Source: Candidatus Methanomethylophilaceae archaeon
GTDB lineage: Archaea; Thermoplasmatota; Thermoplasmata; Methanomassiliicoccales; Methanomethylophilaceae
Assembly: GCA_050950505.1 (NCBI GenBank)
Contig: JBMNHS010000001.1
Span: forward strand, 640,001-704,000
Length of the DNA stretch: 64,000 nucleotides
Reading direction: 5' to 3'
Position 1 is the first letter of the stretch. The number at the start of each line of letters is the position of its first letter. Below, one piece after another: positions 20,601 through 26,100 of the stretch. Position numbers and translations under genes: made by a program. The notes below the pieces were generated by a model. That model was not told the DNA's origin. It searched no databases and was given only the letters and a program-made list of their open reading frames with translations.

Positions 20601-20852
20601 GGTCTGTTCAACATCTTTGAAGTCAATCCCGAAACGATGGAAATCGATCAGGAAGCCTATCTGGCGGATATAGCGGAATACGGACTTTTCACCTATGAGG
20701 AATTTTCTGAGATTCTCTTTGTGCCCGAAGAAGTATTCGACATATTCCAGGCAAAATATTTCAAGATTGCAATAGGAAAGGGATTGATCGATATGGACAG
20801 ACTGGTTAAACTGGTGGAACGGTACGGCGGCATGCTGGGCATGGAACTCTGA
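5691..20852 (+). CDS. Giant (5053 aa) secreted adhesin-like surface protein: signal/TM, X2-like Ig and helical modules, >20 InlB B-repeat (Listeria-Bacteroides) domains, MBG/Ig-like repeats, beta-helix-like region, Big-like Ig, C-terminal Hedgehog-type Hint domain
   Basis: N-terminal hydrophobic stretch LGLGIWFVSLLLVSAMVVL; repeated YTITFD..GG...P.DPTRTGYTF..W...MPA.D.T.TA.W; repeated TVTITGKGNY.G; GGGGS-CLSPDTLITLADG Hint start at 20145. Confidence 0.93.
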   Translation: MERLDKLGLGIWFVSLLLVSAMVVLDGTDEDSDPEDPIEYPVVGGNGGIWDRPFDEFIVTIKADCSKFTGLKINGFPVDESNYTISSGSAVITLKPDYLRTLSDGTHSLEFLFNDGNASMTLTVSVEAKILKIEELESLLADYDKDDYSEEDWTSLVDFITAAKLEIVNLEDVSEVETFDIGNVKTECDDVRTLAEIKESFLDELQNRIDGLNGTDGFNITLNGEDLTVESENTADVPDILDAISDLADILENLFGTNAKLTVNGKDFILGDVNLTELAEALLEDSDDGLPDGKEIDAEYAVSVRYENVNIGLNGILSLYAIWNINQYTITFDTDGGSSVDSIKQDYGTSVKAPAGPTRTGYSFAGWNPAIPETMPAENITITAQWSVNQYTITFDSAGGTDVDPIKQDYGTSVKAPADPTRTGYTFAGWNPAIPETMPAENITITAEWSINQYTITFDSAGGTDVDPIKQDYGTSVTAPADPTRTGYTFVEWDTEIPAKMPATDMTVTAVWKINQYTITFDNNGGAGTIPAVDKDFEETVTVPAYGFTKIGYTQIGWNTAADGSGTSYEKDGTFDMPADDITLYAVWKINQYTITFDSAGGTDVDSIEQDYGTSVTAPADPTRTGYTFVEWDTEIPAKMPATDMTVTAVWKINQYTITFDNNGGAGTIPAVDKDFEETVTVPAYGFTKIGYTQIGWNTAADGSGTSYEKDGTFDMPADDITLYAVWKINRYTITFDSAGGTDVDPIKQDYGTSVTAPADPTRTGYTFVEWDTEIPAKMPATDMTVTAVWKINQYTITFDNNGGAGTIPAVDKDFEETVTVPAYGFTKIGYTQIGWNTAADGSGTSYEKDGTFDMPADDITLYAVWKINRYTITFDSAGGTDVDSIEQDYGTSVTAPADPTRTGYTFVEWDTEIPAKMPATDMTVTAVWKINQYTITFDNNGGAGTIPAVDKDFEETVTVPAYGFTKIGYTQIGWNTAADGSGTSYEKDGTFDMPADDITLYAVWKINQYTITFDSAGGTDVDSIEQDYDTSVTAPADPTRTGYTFVEWDTEIPAKMPATDMTVTAVWKINQYTITFDNNGGAGTIPAVDKDFEETVTVPAYGFTKIGYTQIGWNTAADGSGTSYEKDGTFDMPADDITLYAVWKINRYTITFDSAGGTDVDPIKQDYGTSVTAPADPTRTGYTFVEWDTEIPAKMPATDMTVTAVWKINQYTITFDNNGGAGTIPAVDKDFEETVTVPAYGFTKIGYTQIGWNTAADGSGTSYEKDGTFDMPADDITLYAVWKINRYTITFDSAGGTDVDSIEQDYGTSVTAPADPTRTGYTFVEWDTEIPAKMPATDMTVTAVWKINQYTITFDNNGGAGTIPAVDKDFEETVTVPAYGFTKIGYTQIGWNTAADGSGTSYEKDGTFDMPADDITLYAVWKINRYTITFDSAGGTDVDSIEQDYGTSVTAPADPTRTGYTFVEWDTEIPAKMPATDMTVTAVWKINQYTITFDNNGGAGTIPAVDKDFEETVTVPAYGFTKIGYTQIGWNTAADGSGTSYEKDGTFDMPADDITLYAVWKINQYTITFDSAGGTDVDSIEQDYDTSVTAPADPTREGFVFMGWNQTVPEIMPAENLELLAIWEYPIVGGKEGMWNKPLNEFTVTVEADYSKFTGLKIDGNPVDESNYSVVSGSTIVTLNLDYLWTLGDGEYDIDILFDDGNASMILTVFADAKILKIKELDTLLAKYDENDYGEIYWTALLEYVMSAKEEISNLDDIEKVENYDTNAVEGNCDDVKTLAELKGSFLAALQDEITILNGTDGIHVALVDENITVKIKDNVSISVVFNAASEMVNALKNIVGNDSTLTINGQEFTLYDDGLLPALVTAILNETTPEEFLDKGDPVSVGYAANIAYEDANITLDGCLNFKAVGTREMLLITLQTKIDELNKTEGINVILNVEDAAVDIAVEFDDNVPIPVVLNAASNLVEILKKIVDPEESTLKLGSSDKTFTLLDEGLLPALVVALLADTTPEEFLLNKLEVSTDYIASLLHKDEYIPLEGKLSFKVIETTCEVIFRDYNGNVLKEETVIYREGATPPNNPDNKKGYRFIGWDTSYDCILTDLVITAQYEICQYTVTFYTDGGSAVDSITEDYDTSVEGPDNPVRGGYIFYGWYNSEGEEVTFPFNMPVGGLNLTAMWKIGISVPVGKELTYNGANQLGADGGTGYTLETGKNQTNVGDYTVTATLNDGYLWVIPGENGGDMYSIEPQVISWSIVKTKLTVKADDVTVIFGNEPVYTVTYIGLVGDDSESALGGKLTFNTGYDADSNVYKETYVITPSGLTSPNYDIEFISGTLTVNKIKIDVPAAISDLIYNGSEQTGVLEGEGYTLTGNYKGTDAGNYVATVTLVNGYIWIIPGENGGENTYTADPQEINWSIGQKNIAGAVVTLDGTSLVYTGFAIKPGVTSVTLDGKILVAGTEYTVSHGENINVVTGGSVVVTGEGNYTGTVTATFVITKEKLTLPAENTTLFIYTGKEQTYDISGFDPDTMGIENNTRTEAGFQTVIVSIKDKANYEWADETDDDVKFTFTISPKELDISEEFGLVAVDRVYNGNDAEFIFVFMDRVLDYTLLVNTDYTVTVTGVNGIRDVGTVTVTVTSVDGSNYSVSATKEINITPKIIELDLTGENTSKIYDGKVAVFDFEFNVNYPIYTLKENTDYTIEFLRGSYDTTDFLNVGTITVNIKPVDGSNYSVSGTMSFTILKAELTATYAGETVEYGTTPGLFVTVTGFVNGENETAAGYAAPSLINTNVNAGKYQLAPSGGEADNYTFKYVEGQLEITRVKLDKPTADPTEFVYTGNVQTYNPIGFVESTMGIENNTRTEAGSQTVTVFIKDKVNYEWADGTNVCVAFESFNILKADFSDFEVNIIVDDEERVYDGTAKTPDVTVKIDSKELEKDRDYTVSYDNNVNAGEAAKVIITGIGNFKGFTSEVFIISPKDISVTGASITGKYTFVGEAITPNPVFTDTFVTENDYSATYDDPINAGTVTVTITGKGNYTGNTTVTFTIMKKTVTVTPNAGLSKIYGDADPELTYTLDDEDALPFIKEGTVLSRVDGKNVGTYAILLGTLELCGTDNYVLEFTVGVTFEIIPKPLTEGMFVIDSQTYTGSVLTPIIISDIDCNEYTVADINPVGAGDYVVSISAVTDGNYSGSVTVKYTIEKAKLTKPVEDETVFVYSGSEQIYAPKGFDTGTMNILGNKMTYVGTQDVTVSIKNKDNYEWIDGTDAGVIFTFTIKEKIFDFSAAETSVSDTKYTGLSITFDFDGKFVDSTIDEGYTLLEGKDYVVEYTDNKNVGTATITITGKGNYEGAVIVKFKITPKEITVTPKSGQTVEYTGYAPDVKFDFPESFGTFEDFTGTLDLAKDGQPVTVYNVGEYTVVLGDLKSTDPNYELVLATGTVTFEITPKKIIATPAAGQSAEYGTGFSLEFSLSETGFTDYGGVLGLEKDNSPVTVYNVGQYVIVIGTLASTDDNYMLILAESPVIFEIFKAELIKPAKGTTEFIYTGEEQTYDISGFNPDTMDIAGNKMTDAGSQTVIVSIKDKTNYQWADKTEGDVTFTFTIGERNISDVTITIDPNANLTYTGLVIEPGITVTLDGNPFNTSNYSVSYANNINAGTATVKITAKGTNYDGTATKDFVISKAKLTATYAGESVEYGTIPGLVVTVTGFVNNENAGNAMGYNAPRLTNSNVNVGKYQLTPSDGAANNYSFDYATGTLSIIKKKVNVLIGTGQTAEYTGAAPAINYELSETVDTTVTGTLSIGEVYNVGIYNILIGTLDAGSNYELVRPETPVTFEIIPKNISGATVGAIPDQTYTGSAIIPDLVVKDGSKTLTAGTDYEVSFAGGVDNTNVGNVAVTVTGIGNYKGTVDGVTFSIIQKNISGVNVTVTFTDGVYSVTAMDGDRTLEEDVDYEVETAGNPLVKITVKGKGNYTGEVSFEIYTISFVVENGNTIADIYNLQKDDVVTLENPSREGYEFTGWYIDSEGEEVTGSNIWTFVNKAINNVITLTAVFEPCKYTITFDSAGGSTVDSITQDYMSKVNAPGYPVKTGYNFVHWKDSDGNEVIFPTAMPLGGMKLTAVWSINQYTITFDTDGGSTVDSITQDYGTTIDSLNDPTKEGYTFAGWYPIVPATMPANNFTITALWTVNQYTIELNPADGFVIEDGDGSYTVKGSYTDNSIVKDVINEILSVSIHCNDIDISDVFDISYYDMSGNEIFVLDLSKGGTTFMIRLKATPDSNEHSSFGCWVIFKYGSVTIGKESTDYLTIEDALEQASSDQTIIVKYNTSFADEDVALQVYGKTVFEVGSGVTLLLPYDGNLRSDFTDAKLDAEAGEATTPSKRDVAYVKLNVPESISLDVSGTLTVNAKRTHSSTAYQNIVSGKNYSELILNSGSRLNIEQYGVLNAIGFIYGDGHIKASGGATVLETMLISSFRGGSASLSLGLGGKVFPFEQFTIINIESDLIIEEDAVYKAHIFVYASSKYTGSDVDLIGNGADSMLCLSEGHILKKFDAATGNLTLEVEGTCNLQDINANGFSSSGLNLPFDGRWHIVVKSGSVLNINSEVSLLPGASVVVEADSVVNINGGLIVFNPYEYIYADNKTYNEFPTPNASHWYRIQPTLGYKSDTSAKLEVYGQLNVNKDGYIAGKVDVMADDVLNIEEGAETSKYIWYVGEVSTVFERAVKLWLDETYTISVTVDNPTTKVDETFSAVVTALVKSKYGTPIANKSVSFRLPGDDTVYYATTDGKGYAKITLEVTPSESGYCIIRVDVDDSFAEGIIEVTKSSGGGGSCLSPDTLITLADGTQKPVEELTGDELLLVWNMNTGTFDVAPIIFVDSDPHAEYEIIQVNFSDGTYVKVIYEHGFWDFDLNRYVYINDDCPQQYIGHWFNKQTTDADGNFAWTKVQLVDVVIYTEYTTAWSPVTAEHLCYYTNGMLSMPGGIAGLFNIFEVNPETMEIDQEAYLADIAEYGLFTYEEFSEILFVPEEVFDIFQAKYFKIAIGKGLIDMDRLVKLVERYGGMLGMEL
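6663..7040 (+). repeat. Two 189-bp (63-aa) B-repeat units preceding the main array
   Basis: Near-identical segments offset by 189 bp (e.g. 6728 vs 6917); AGWNPAIPETMPAENITITA occurs twice. Confidence 0.85.
7041..10481 (+). repeat. Intragenic tandem array: 8 full plus 1 partial 417-bp units (139 aa = two B-repeats each), nearly identical
   Basis: Unit starts 7041, 7458, ... 10377; identical off-frame ORFs recur every 417 bp (7288, 7705, 8122, 8539, 8956, 9373, 9790, 10207). Confidence 0.97.
20145..20585 (+). other. Hint (Hedgehog/intein) autoprocessing domain, Hog-like, within the giant protein
   Basis: C1-LSPDTLITLADGTQKPVEEL, IIFVD46, VIYEH72, WSPVT...NGMLS end; no terminal His-Asn. Confidence 0.88.
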
Positions 20853-21037
20853 CCCGATTCATGAAACATCGCGGTAACAGATTAGGCATCTGCAACCAAA
20901 GACACAAGTTCAAATCCATCATAGACTGCCCATGAAGTCAAAACGATACGCCGCAAAACCTCACTCAGAGAGAGTATTTTCACGTTCTTTTCATATCTTG
21001 TTAACCGTGTAACACAAATTGATTGTGTCAAAAGGGA

Positions 21038-21148
21038 TGGTCCCCACCCCCTGATTTGAACAGGGGACCTGCTGATATCGGCGGCTGTACCGGAAATTCC
21101 GGAAACACTCTACAGTCAGCCGCTCTGGCCAGACTGAGCTAGGTGGGG
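21038..21148 (-). tRNA. tRNA-Tyr(GTA) with 33-nt intron at canonical 37/38 position (21077-21109), CCA encoded
   Basis: CCCCACC/GGTGGGG acceptor with C1-G72, anticodon arm GCTGA-CT-GTA-G^A-TCAGC, TTCAAAT T-loop. Confidence 0.95.
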
Positions 21149-21200
21149 ACATCCTGTGCTATATGCAACATATTTAAAACCATTTTGGTCCGAAGCGACT

Positions 21201-21947
21201 TTATCCGAAATAATTCAGGTCCTCTTCGGAGGTTCTGCTGCTTTCGAGCTCGCGGACTTTTTGGTTCAGTTCGTCAATCATCGCCGAATGTCCGTCGAGT
21301 TCCTCGGTATCGACTTCGACTTCGAGTTTTTTGACCAAGATACCCATTACCGCGGCGGCACTTTTGTGGTCTATGAAATAACCCGCGGTCTCGCCCATTA
21401 GGCATATAGAATCTATTCCGTATATCTGACCCAGTGCAAGAAACATGGCGCTGGCACCGGCTATTCCGCCTTTGGGTTCGCCGGGTTCAAAAACAACCCC
21501 CAGCTTCTCGTAAGCCGCCTTTACCTCGACTCGGGAAACGGCACCGAGCACTCTCGGAGTTTCAATGATGGTTCCGGTTCCGTAACCTCCGAGGGTGACT
21601 ATTTCGGAAGGATCGTACTCCAGAAGGAGATTGATTATTTTCTTGCAGATTAGGAACTGACCCTCCGAAGAGGAACCCTGATAATCCCCCAGTATGAACA
21701 CCAAGTCGGTGTTTTCGGTCCGGGCGAACCAAAGTTCGTTCCTTGCGAAATCCGCAACGTTCTCTTCGTTTATCAGAACCTGCGGAGGAAAATCAGGGGA
21801 GTATATGGAAGCGAAACGTTTTGCATTCAGAGCGGACGCAAGGTAATCCGCGGCTATTTTGCCGACGTTGCCTATTCCCGGAAGTCCCTCGATGACAATG
21901 GGCTTTTCAAGTTCCGGTTTGGAATCATAAATCACGATACTTTCCAT
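21201..21947 (-). CDS. Proteasome assembly chaperone family protein (PAC2/PbaA-like)
   Basis: [34 protein letters not shown]; conserved position after nop10; likely start MESIV at 21947. Confidence 0.9.
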   Translation of the reverse strand: MESIVIYDSKPELEKPIVIEGLPGIGNVGKIAADYLASALNAKRFASIYSPDFPPQVLINEENVADFARNELWFARTENTDLVFILGDYQGSSSEGQFLICKKIINLLLEYDPSEIVTLGGYGTGTIIETPRVLGAVSRVEVKAAYEKLGVVFEPGEPKGGIAGASAMFLALGQIYGIDSICLMGETAGYFIDHKSAAAVMGILVKKLEVEVDTEELDGHSAMIDELNQKVRELESSRTSEEDLNYFG

Positions 21948-22116
21948 TTTCTCCGTACTCCTCTTCAATGGCCTTGCGGCGGTATGCGCCGTAACGGTCC
22001 TCCGGAGAGTATCTCGGAGGTGCCGGCGATGACGTGACGCCACCGCAGACGGGACACGTTTCTTTGAACGTATATCTTCCGCACCCGCAACGCATCATCC
22101 TGTTCATAAGCTTCAT
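21925..22116 (-). CDS. nop10: H/ACA RNP protein Nop10
   Basis: [17 protein letters not shown]...[17 protein letters not shown]. Confidence 0.93.
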   Translation of the reverse strand: MKLMNRMMRCGCGRYTFKETCPVCGGVTSSPAPPRYSPEDRYGAYRRKAIEEEYGENGKYRDL

Positions 22117-22121
22117 TCGTT

Positions 22122-22895
22122 TTAACGTTTGAGAGCCGCGGTTCCTCCCGCGTCTTCCAAATATTGTATGGCAGCATCCGAAACGTCTTTGAGAATTTCT
22201 TCAGCTTCCTTGTACTCTCTTGCCTTTACGACGATTCTGTATCTGGGACATCCGATACAATGGATGCCCACATCGAATTCTTCGCCTACGGCCAATCCCG
22301 CTTCCAGAGCTTCTCTGATAAGAACGACGCCGTTGGGGGCTGAGGAGGTCATCATCAGGGTGCCGTCGATCTGCACCATCGACACCGTGATGTTTTCCTT
22401 GGCGACTTCCATAAAGGCATCGGTCCACTCTCCCGAGAATTCTTCAAAAAATGTTTCAGGATCGGCCACAGCACCTTCGAAAGCTCCGTAGAGCGTTCCG
22501 TACGTGTCGACAAGATCGTTGCCGAACATGGAGTAGGTGGCATCCTCGGGCACGGACATCCGTTCCGCGATGATTTCCATGAGTTTTTCGGCTTTCTTGT
22601 CATTTTTCCAAAATTGAATTTTTTCCCTCTTCTGGTGAGCGTTCACCGATTTGAGGGAGAGGTCGATCTGACCTTTTTTAGAGTCCACGCCCAGGACTTT
22701 GCAGACTACTTTTTGTCCTTCTCTGACGTAGTCCCTGATGTATTTTACCCAGCCGGTGGCCACATCCCGTATGTGTATGAATCCTACCTTTTCGTCGTAT
22801 TCGTCCAGAGTTACGAAAGCACCGTAGTTCTTTACATCCTGAACGGAACATACGACAAGCTCGCCATACTCGGGAAAGCCCCTGGCCCTCGACAT
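22122..22895 (-). CDS. eif2a: Translation initiation factor aIF2 alpha
   Basis: [11 protein letters not shown]1 domain, [30 protein letters not shown]. Confidence 0.97.
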   Translation of the reverse strand: MSRARGFPEYGELVVCSVQDVKNYGAFVTLDEYDEKVGFIHIRDVATGWVKYIRDYVREGQKVVCKVLGVDSKKGQIDLSLKSVNAHQKREKIQFWKNDKKAEKLMEIIAERMSVPEDATYSMFGNDLVDTYGTLYGAFEGAVADPETFFEEFSGEWTDAFMEVAKENITVSMVQIDGTLMMTSSAPNGVVLIREALEAGLAVGEEFDVGIHCIGCPRYRIVVKAREYKEAEEILKDVSDAAIQYLEDAGGTAALKR

Positions 22896-23059
22896 CAGCC
22901 GACCACCTCGAGCACTTCGCCCTTAATGTCCCCTACCCCGCCTTTGGGGAAGATCAGGGTTGAACCGCAAACCAGGCATCTTACCTCTGTTGCAGGTTTT
23001 CTGAAGGCGATCTGCTCGTTTCCGCAGTCCTGACATTTGATTTTTATGAAATCGGTCAT
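22895..23059 (-). CDS. rps27e: 30S ribosomal protein S27e (below the ORF-track length cut-off)
   Basis: Manual translation [54 protein letters not shown]; canonical position between rpl44e and aIF2a. Confidence 0.95.
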   Translation of the reverse strand: MTDFIKIKCQDCGNEQIAFRKPATEVRCLVCGSTLIFPKGGVGDIKGEVLEVVG

Positions 23060-23063
23060 TTGA

Positions 23064-23342
23064 TCACTCTGTAAGTTCGAACTTTTTGGCCCTGATGCAG
23101 CTCTTGAGATGTGCTTTCTTGCACGTGGTGCATCTGTACCTGATGTTCACTCTTTTAGTCGGTTTTTCTCTTCCTTCCGGTTTGGGTCTTGGGAAACCTC
23201 CGTATCCCGCGGTTACTTTTCTGAACCGCCTCTGACCCCATTTCAGCTCGCTGGCCTTTCTCTTTCTGACCCTCTCCACATCGTGCAGAGCGTGAGTCTC
23301 ACAGAAAGGACAGTAAGTCATAATGGCCCTGGGCATTTTCAA
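23064..23342 (-). CDS. rpl44e: 50S ribosomal protein L44e
   Basis: MKMPR...YCPFC..H...WGQRRFR...GYGGFPRP...KPTKRV..RYRC..C. Confidence 0.97.
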   Translation of the reverse strand: MKMPRAIMTYCPFCETHALHDVERVRKRKASELKWGQRRFRKVTAGYGGFPRPKPEGREKPTKRVNIRYRCTTCKKAHLKSCIRAKKFELTE

Positions 23343-23653
23343 TTAAATCACCTTTGTCCGTTGGACAGAACGTGCTAATAATAAAGTCCTATAAATAAAC
23401 TTACTCACAGGCATCTTATAGCGCGCGTATTGTATTGAAAAAAACACAGTGTTCGGACATATAAGAACCTGTCTCATCCGGATCGGCCGCCACCCGTCCG
23501 ATTTAAAGCTTAACGGTGACAATTTTTGTAGGGAATCAACTTACAAACGTATTTAACTATGTCTTTTTAGTAAAATCAATGGATGTTTAGTACGTCATTA
23601 TATATTTAAATTAATACAAATATTAATATAGACGTATGCCAAGTTAATATCCA

Positions 23654-24001
23654 ATGTCTGATGACGGAGTAGTACTGGCAGAATATCTATTCAATGTACT
23701 AGGCATCCGCCAGAACAGTGTTAGAATTCTGAAGCACATGGCCGCATGTGACGGAGTCACATCCGATGAGCTGGAAGCGGTGGTGGATATCAGTCAGCCG
23801 AGCATATCCATCGCGATCAAAGAACTTATTGATCACGGATGGGTAAAAGTGGATTTCATCCGTGCCCAAGGCAAAGGACGCCCCAGGCATCTGTATTCGT
23901 TGTCCAAACCCCTGTGTGAAATAGTGGATGACATCGAAGTTGAAGCCCGGGGCATTATAAATCGGATGGAAGAGGGAGTGGCGTTCCTCAGGGAGCTCTG
24001 A
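23654..24001 (+). CDS. Winged-helix transcriptional regulator (MarR/ArsR-like)
   Basis: TSDELE..VDISQPSISIAIKEL...GWV...KGRPRHLYSL. Confidence 0.85.
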   Translation: MSDDGVVLAEYLFNVLGIRQNSVRILKHMAACDGVTSDELEAVVDISQPSISIAIKELIDHGWVKVDFIRAQGKGRPRHLYSLSKPLCEIVDDIEVEARGIINRMEEGVAFLREL

Positions 24002-24683
24002 AAGTCTCCACTCCGTTTTCGCCGGCTATCAGCGCAACCGATGCAAGATTCAGGAACAGACCGTTTTCCACCACGCCGGGAATATTGTTTATGCTGGACT
24101 CCAGGAAATAAGGTTTCTCAATGCTTTCAAACCTGCAATCGTAAATGTAATTCCCTCCGTCTGTCAGGAAAGGCAGGTTCCCGTTCATTCTGAGTTCCGA
24201 TCTGCATCCCAATTTTTCCAAGGCGAGACCGGTGTGTTCATGTCCGAAACACAAAACTTCCACGGGGAGGGGGGTGTCGGCACCCAACACATCCACGAAT
24301 TTCGAACGGTCCGCTATGATGACTTCCATGTCCGTGGCGGAAGCTATGATTTTTTCTCTTAACAAAGCGCCGCCGAGGCCTTTGATCAATTGCAGAAGCA
24401 GATTGATTTCATCGGCTCCGTCGATGGTGACGTCGATACGTCCGGTCCCTTCAAAAGGAACGACGTTCAGACCGCAGTTTTTCCCCAATTCGGTGCTTTC
24501 TTCGGAAGTGGAAACGCAGGTGAGGGTGAGACCTTCTTCGGAGACTCTTTCACCGATACGGGTTATCGCAAAATATGCGGTGGACCCCGTTCCCAAACCG
24601 ACGGTCATGCCGTCTTCGATATATTCGTCAACGGCGGCCTCCGCTGCCATTTTTTTGTATTTATCCGTTTCAGACAAGGCCAT
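23988..24683 (-). CDS. rpiA: Ribose-5-phosphate isomerase A
   Basis: GLGTGST, DVTIDGADE, IKGLGGALLREKI, IPGVVENGLF. Confidence 0.97.
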   Translation of the reverse strand: MALSETDKYKKMAAEAAVDEYIEDGMTVGLGTGSTAYFAITRIGERVSEEGLTLTCVSTSEESTELGKNCGLNVVPFEGTGRIDVTIDGADEINLLLQLIKGLGGALLREKIIASATDMEVIIADRSKFVDVLGADTPLPVEVLCFGHEHTGLALEKLGCRSELRMNGNLPFLTDGGNYIYDCRFESIEKPYFLESSINNIPGVVENGLFLNLASVALIAGENGVETFRAP

Positions 24684-25377
24684 TCAAAATCATCTCCTCG
24701 AGTCGGTCTGCCACGAAAGCGTTGATTCTTTTTCCGATTTCCTCGGAGGCTTCGGTGGTATCTCCCGCAAAGCCGTCGGGGAAACAGACTTCTGCGTTAC
24801 TGACAATCATGTATCCTTGGTCGGAGTATAATCCTATCGGACGGATTTCTTTGACCAGATCCGGGCGTATGGCCAAAACCCTGGCGGTTTCCAACATGCC
24901 TCCGTGGCCGTCCCCTCTGATGCCCTCCATGTCGGGACTGTCCGCCGCAATGTCGTAATCTGTCAGAAACATCACTTTGCAGCCGGTTTCCCTGACGAAA
25001 CGTTTGCAGGCTTCCGAACAGGCGGTCATGTGTCCCGATCCGGCGTGTCCCGTCATCACAAGAAATTTATGTATTCCTTTTTCGTGAGCGGAAACAAGAA
25101 CGTCGTACAGCAACGATCTCATGGTGTCGAAAGTGATCGAAACGGTTCCGGGCATGTTTTTGGTGGAAGAATGAAGTCCGTAGTTTATGCTTGGAAAAAC
25201 CAAAACATTCTCAATCCTCCGGGCAAGCTCTTCCGCAACCCATTCGGGTTGCACAGTATCCGCGTTCAACGGCAGATGGGGGCCGTGAGCTTCCACGGCG
25301 CCTATGACGAATATCCCGACGGGATCCTTTTTTACGGCTTCCGCGAATTCGTCACGGGTCATTTCGCCTACGTTCAT
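24670..25377 (-). CDS. Creatininase/creatinine amidohydrolase family protein
   Basis: GAVEAHGPHLPL..D, PGT, TGHAG, DGHGGMLET. Confidence 0.9.
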   Translation of the reverse strand: MNVGEMTRDEFAEAVKKDPVGIFVIGAVEAHGPHLPLNADTVQPEWVAEELARRIENVLVFPSINYGLHSSTKNMPGTVSITFDTMRSLLYDVLVSAHEKGIHKFLVMTGHAGSGHMTACSEACKRFVRETGCKVMFLTDYDIAADSPDMEGIRGDGHGGMLETARVLAIRPDLVKEIRPIGLYSDQGYMIVSNAEVCFPDGFAGDTTEASEEIGKRINAFVADRLEEMILNGLV

Positions 25378-25425
25378 ACCCTTGAATAGGGATATGTTAA
25401 ATTAATTTGACTCTTTGAAGTCGTT

Positions 25426-26100
25426 ATGCGTTTGGCATCGTTGTTTTCCGGAGGGAAGGATTCCGTGTTCTCCATGTACCTGGCGGTACAGTCGGGGTTT
25501 GATGTGCCGTACATCGTAAGCATGAAGCCGGTGAATGACGAATCCTGGATATTTCATGTGCCTAACATTGACGCGATTCCTGCCTTGGCGGAAACCATGG
25601 AACGGACCCATATCCGGGGATACACCGACGGCACCGAAGAAGGAGACATGTCCGGACTGAAACATGCGCTGTCCGAGCTGGACGTCGACGGCATTGTCAT
25701 GGGCGCGGTCTGGTCGGATTATCAGATGGATCGGATGAACCGGGTATGCGATGAACTGGGGCTGAAAGTGTTCGCCCCTCTGTGGAGAAAGGATCAGAAC
25801 ACCGTTCTTCGGGAAATCATAGATTCCGGCATCGAAGCCGTAATCATAGGGTATTACGCAGAAGGATTCGGACCGGAATGGTTGGGCCGAAAGATAGACT
25901 CCGAAGCCATGACCGAGCTGGAAGAACTGAACCGGAGGTTCGGCGTAAGCGTCACCGGAGAGGGAGGGGAGTACGAGACGTTCGTCATCGACTCCCCCCT
26001 ACACCGGCATCCGCTGGAAATAACCTCTTCCGAAAACGTAATCGGAAGAAACGCCGGAACCATGAACATTTTCACGGTTCGGCAAGGCTCTCGGGCATGA
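25426..26100 (+). CDS. dph6: Diphthine--ammonia ligase family PP-loop ATPase
   Basis: [37 protein letters not shown]. Confidence 0.88.
   Translation: MRLASLFSGGKDSVFSMYLAVQSGFDVPYIVSMKPVNDESWIFHVPNIDAIPALAETMERTHIRGYTDGTEEGDMSGLKHALSELDVDGIVMGAVWSDYQMDRMNRVCDELGLKVFAPLWRKDQNTVLREIIDSGIEAVIIGYYAEGFGPEWLGRKIDSEAMTELEELNRRFGVSVTGEGGEYETFVIDSPLHRHPLEITSSENVIGRNAGTMNIFTVRQGSRA

Noticed and set aside
20853-21060. Integrated element (attL/attR) at tRNA-Tyr
   Set aside because: No duplicate of the tRNA 3' end spotted elsewhere in the window and no integrase; island status is unproven.
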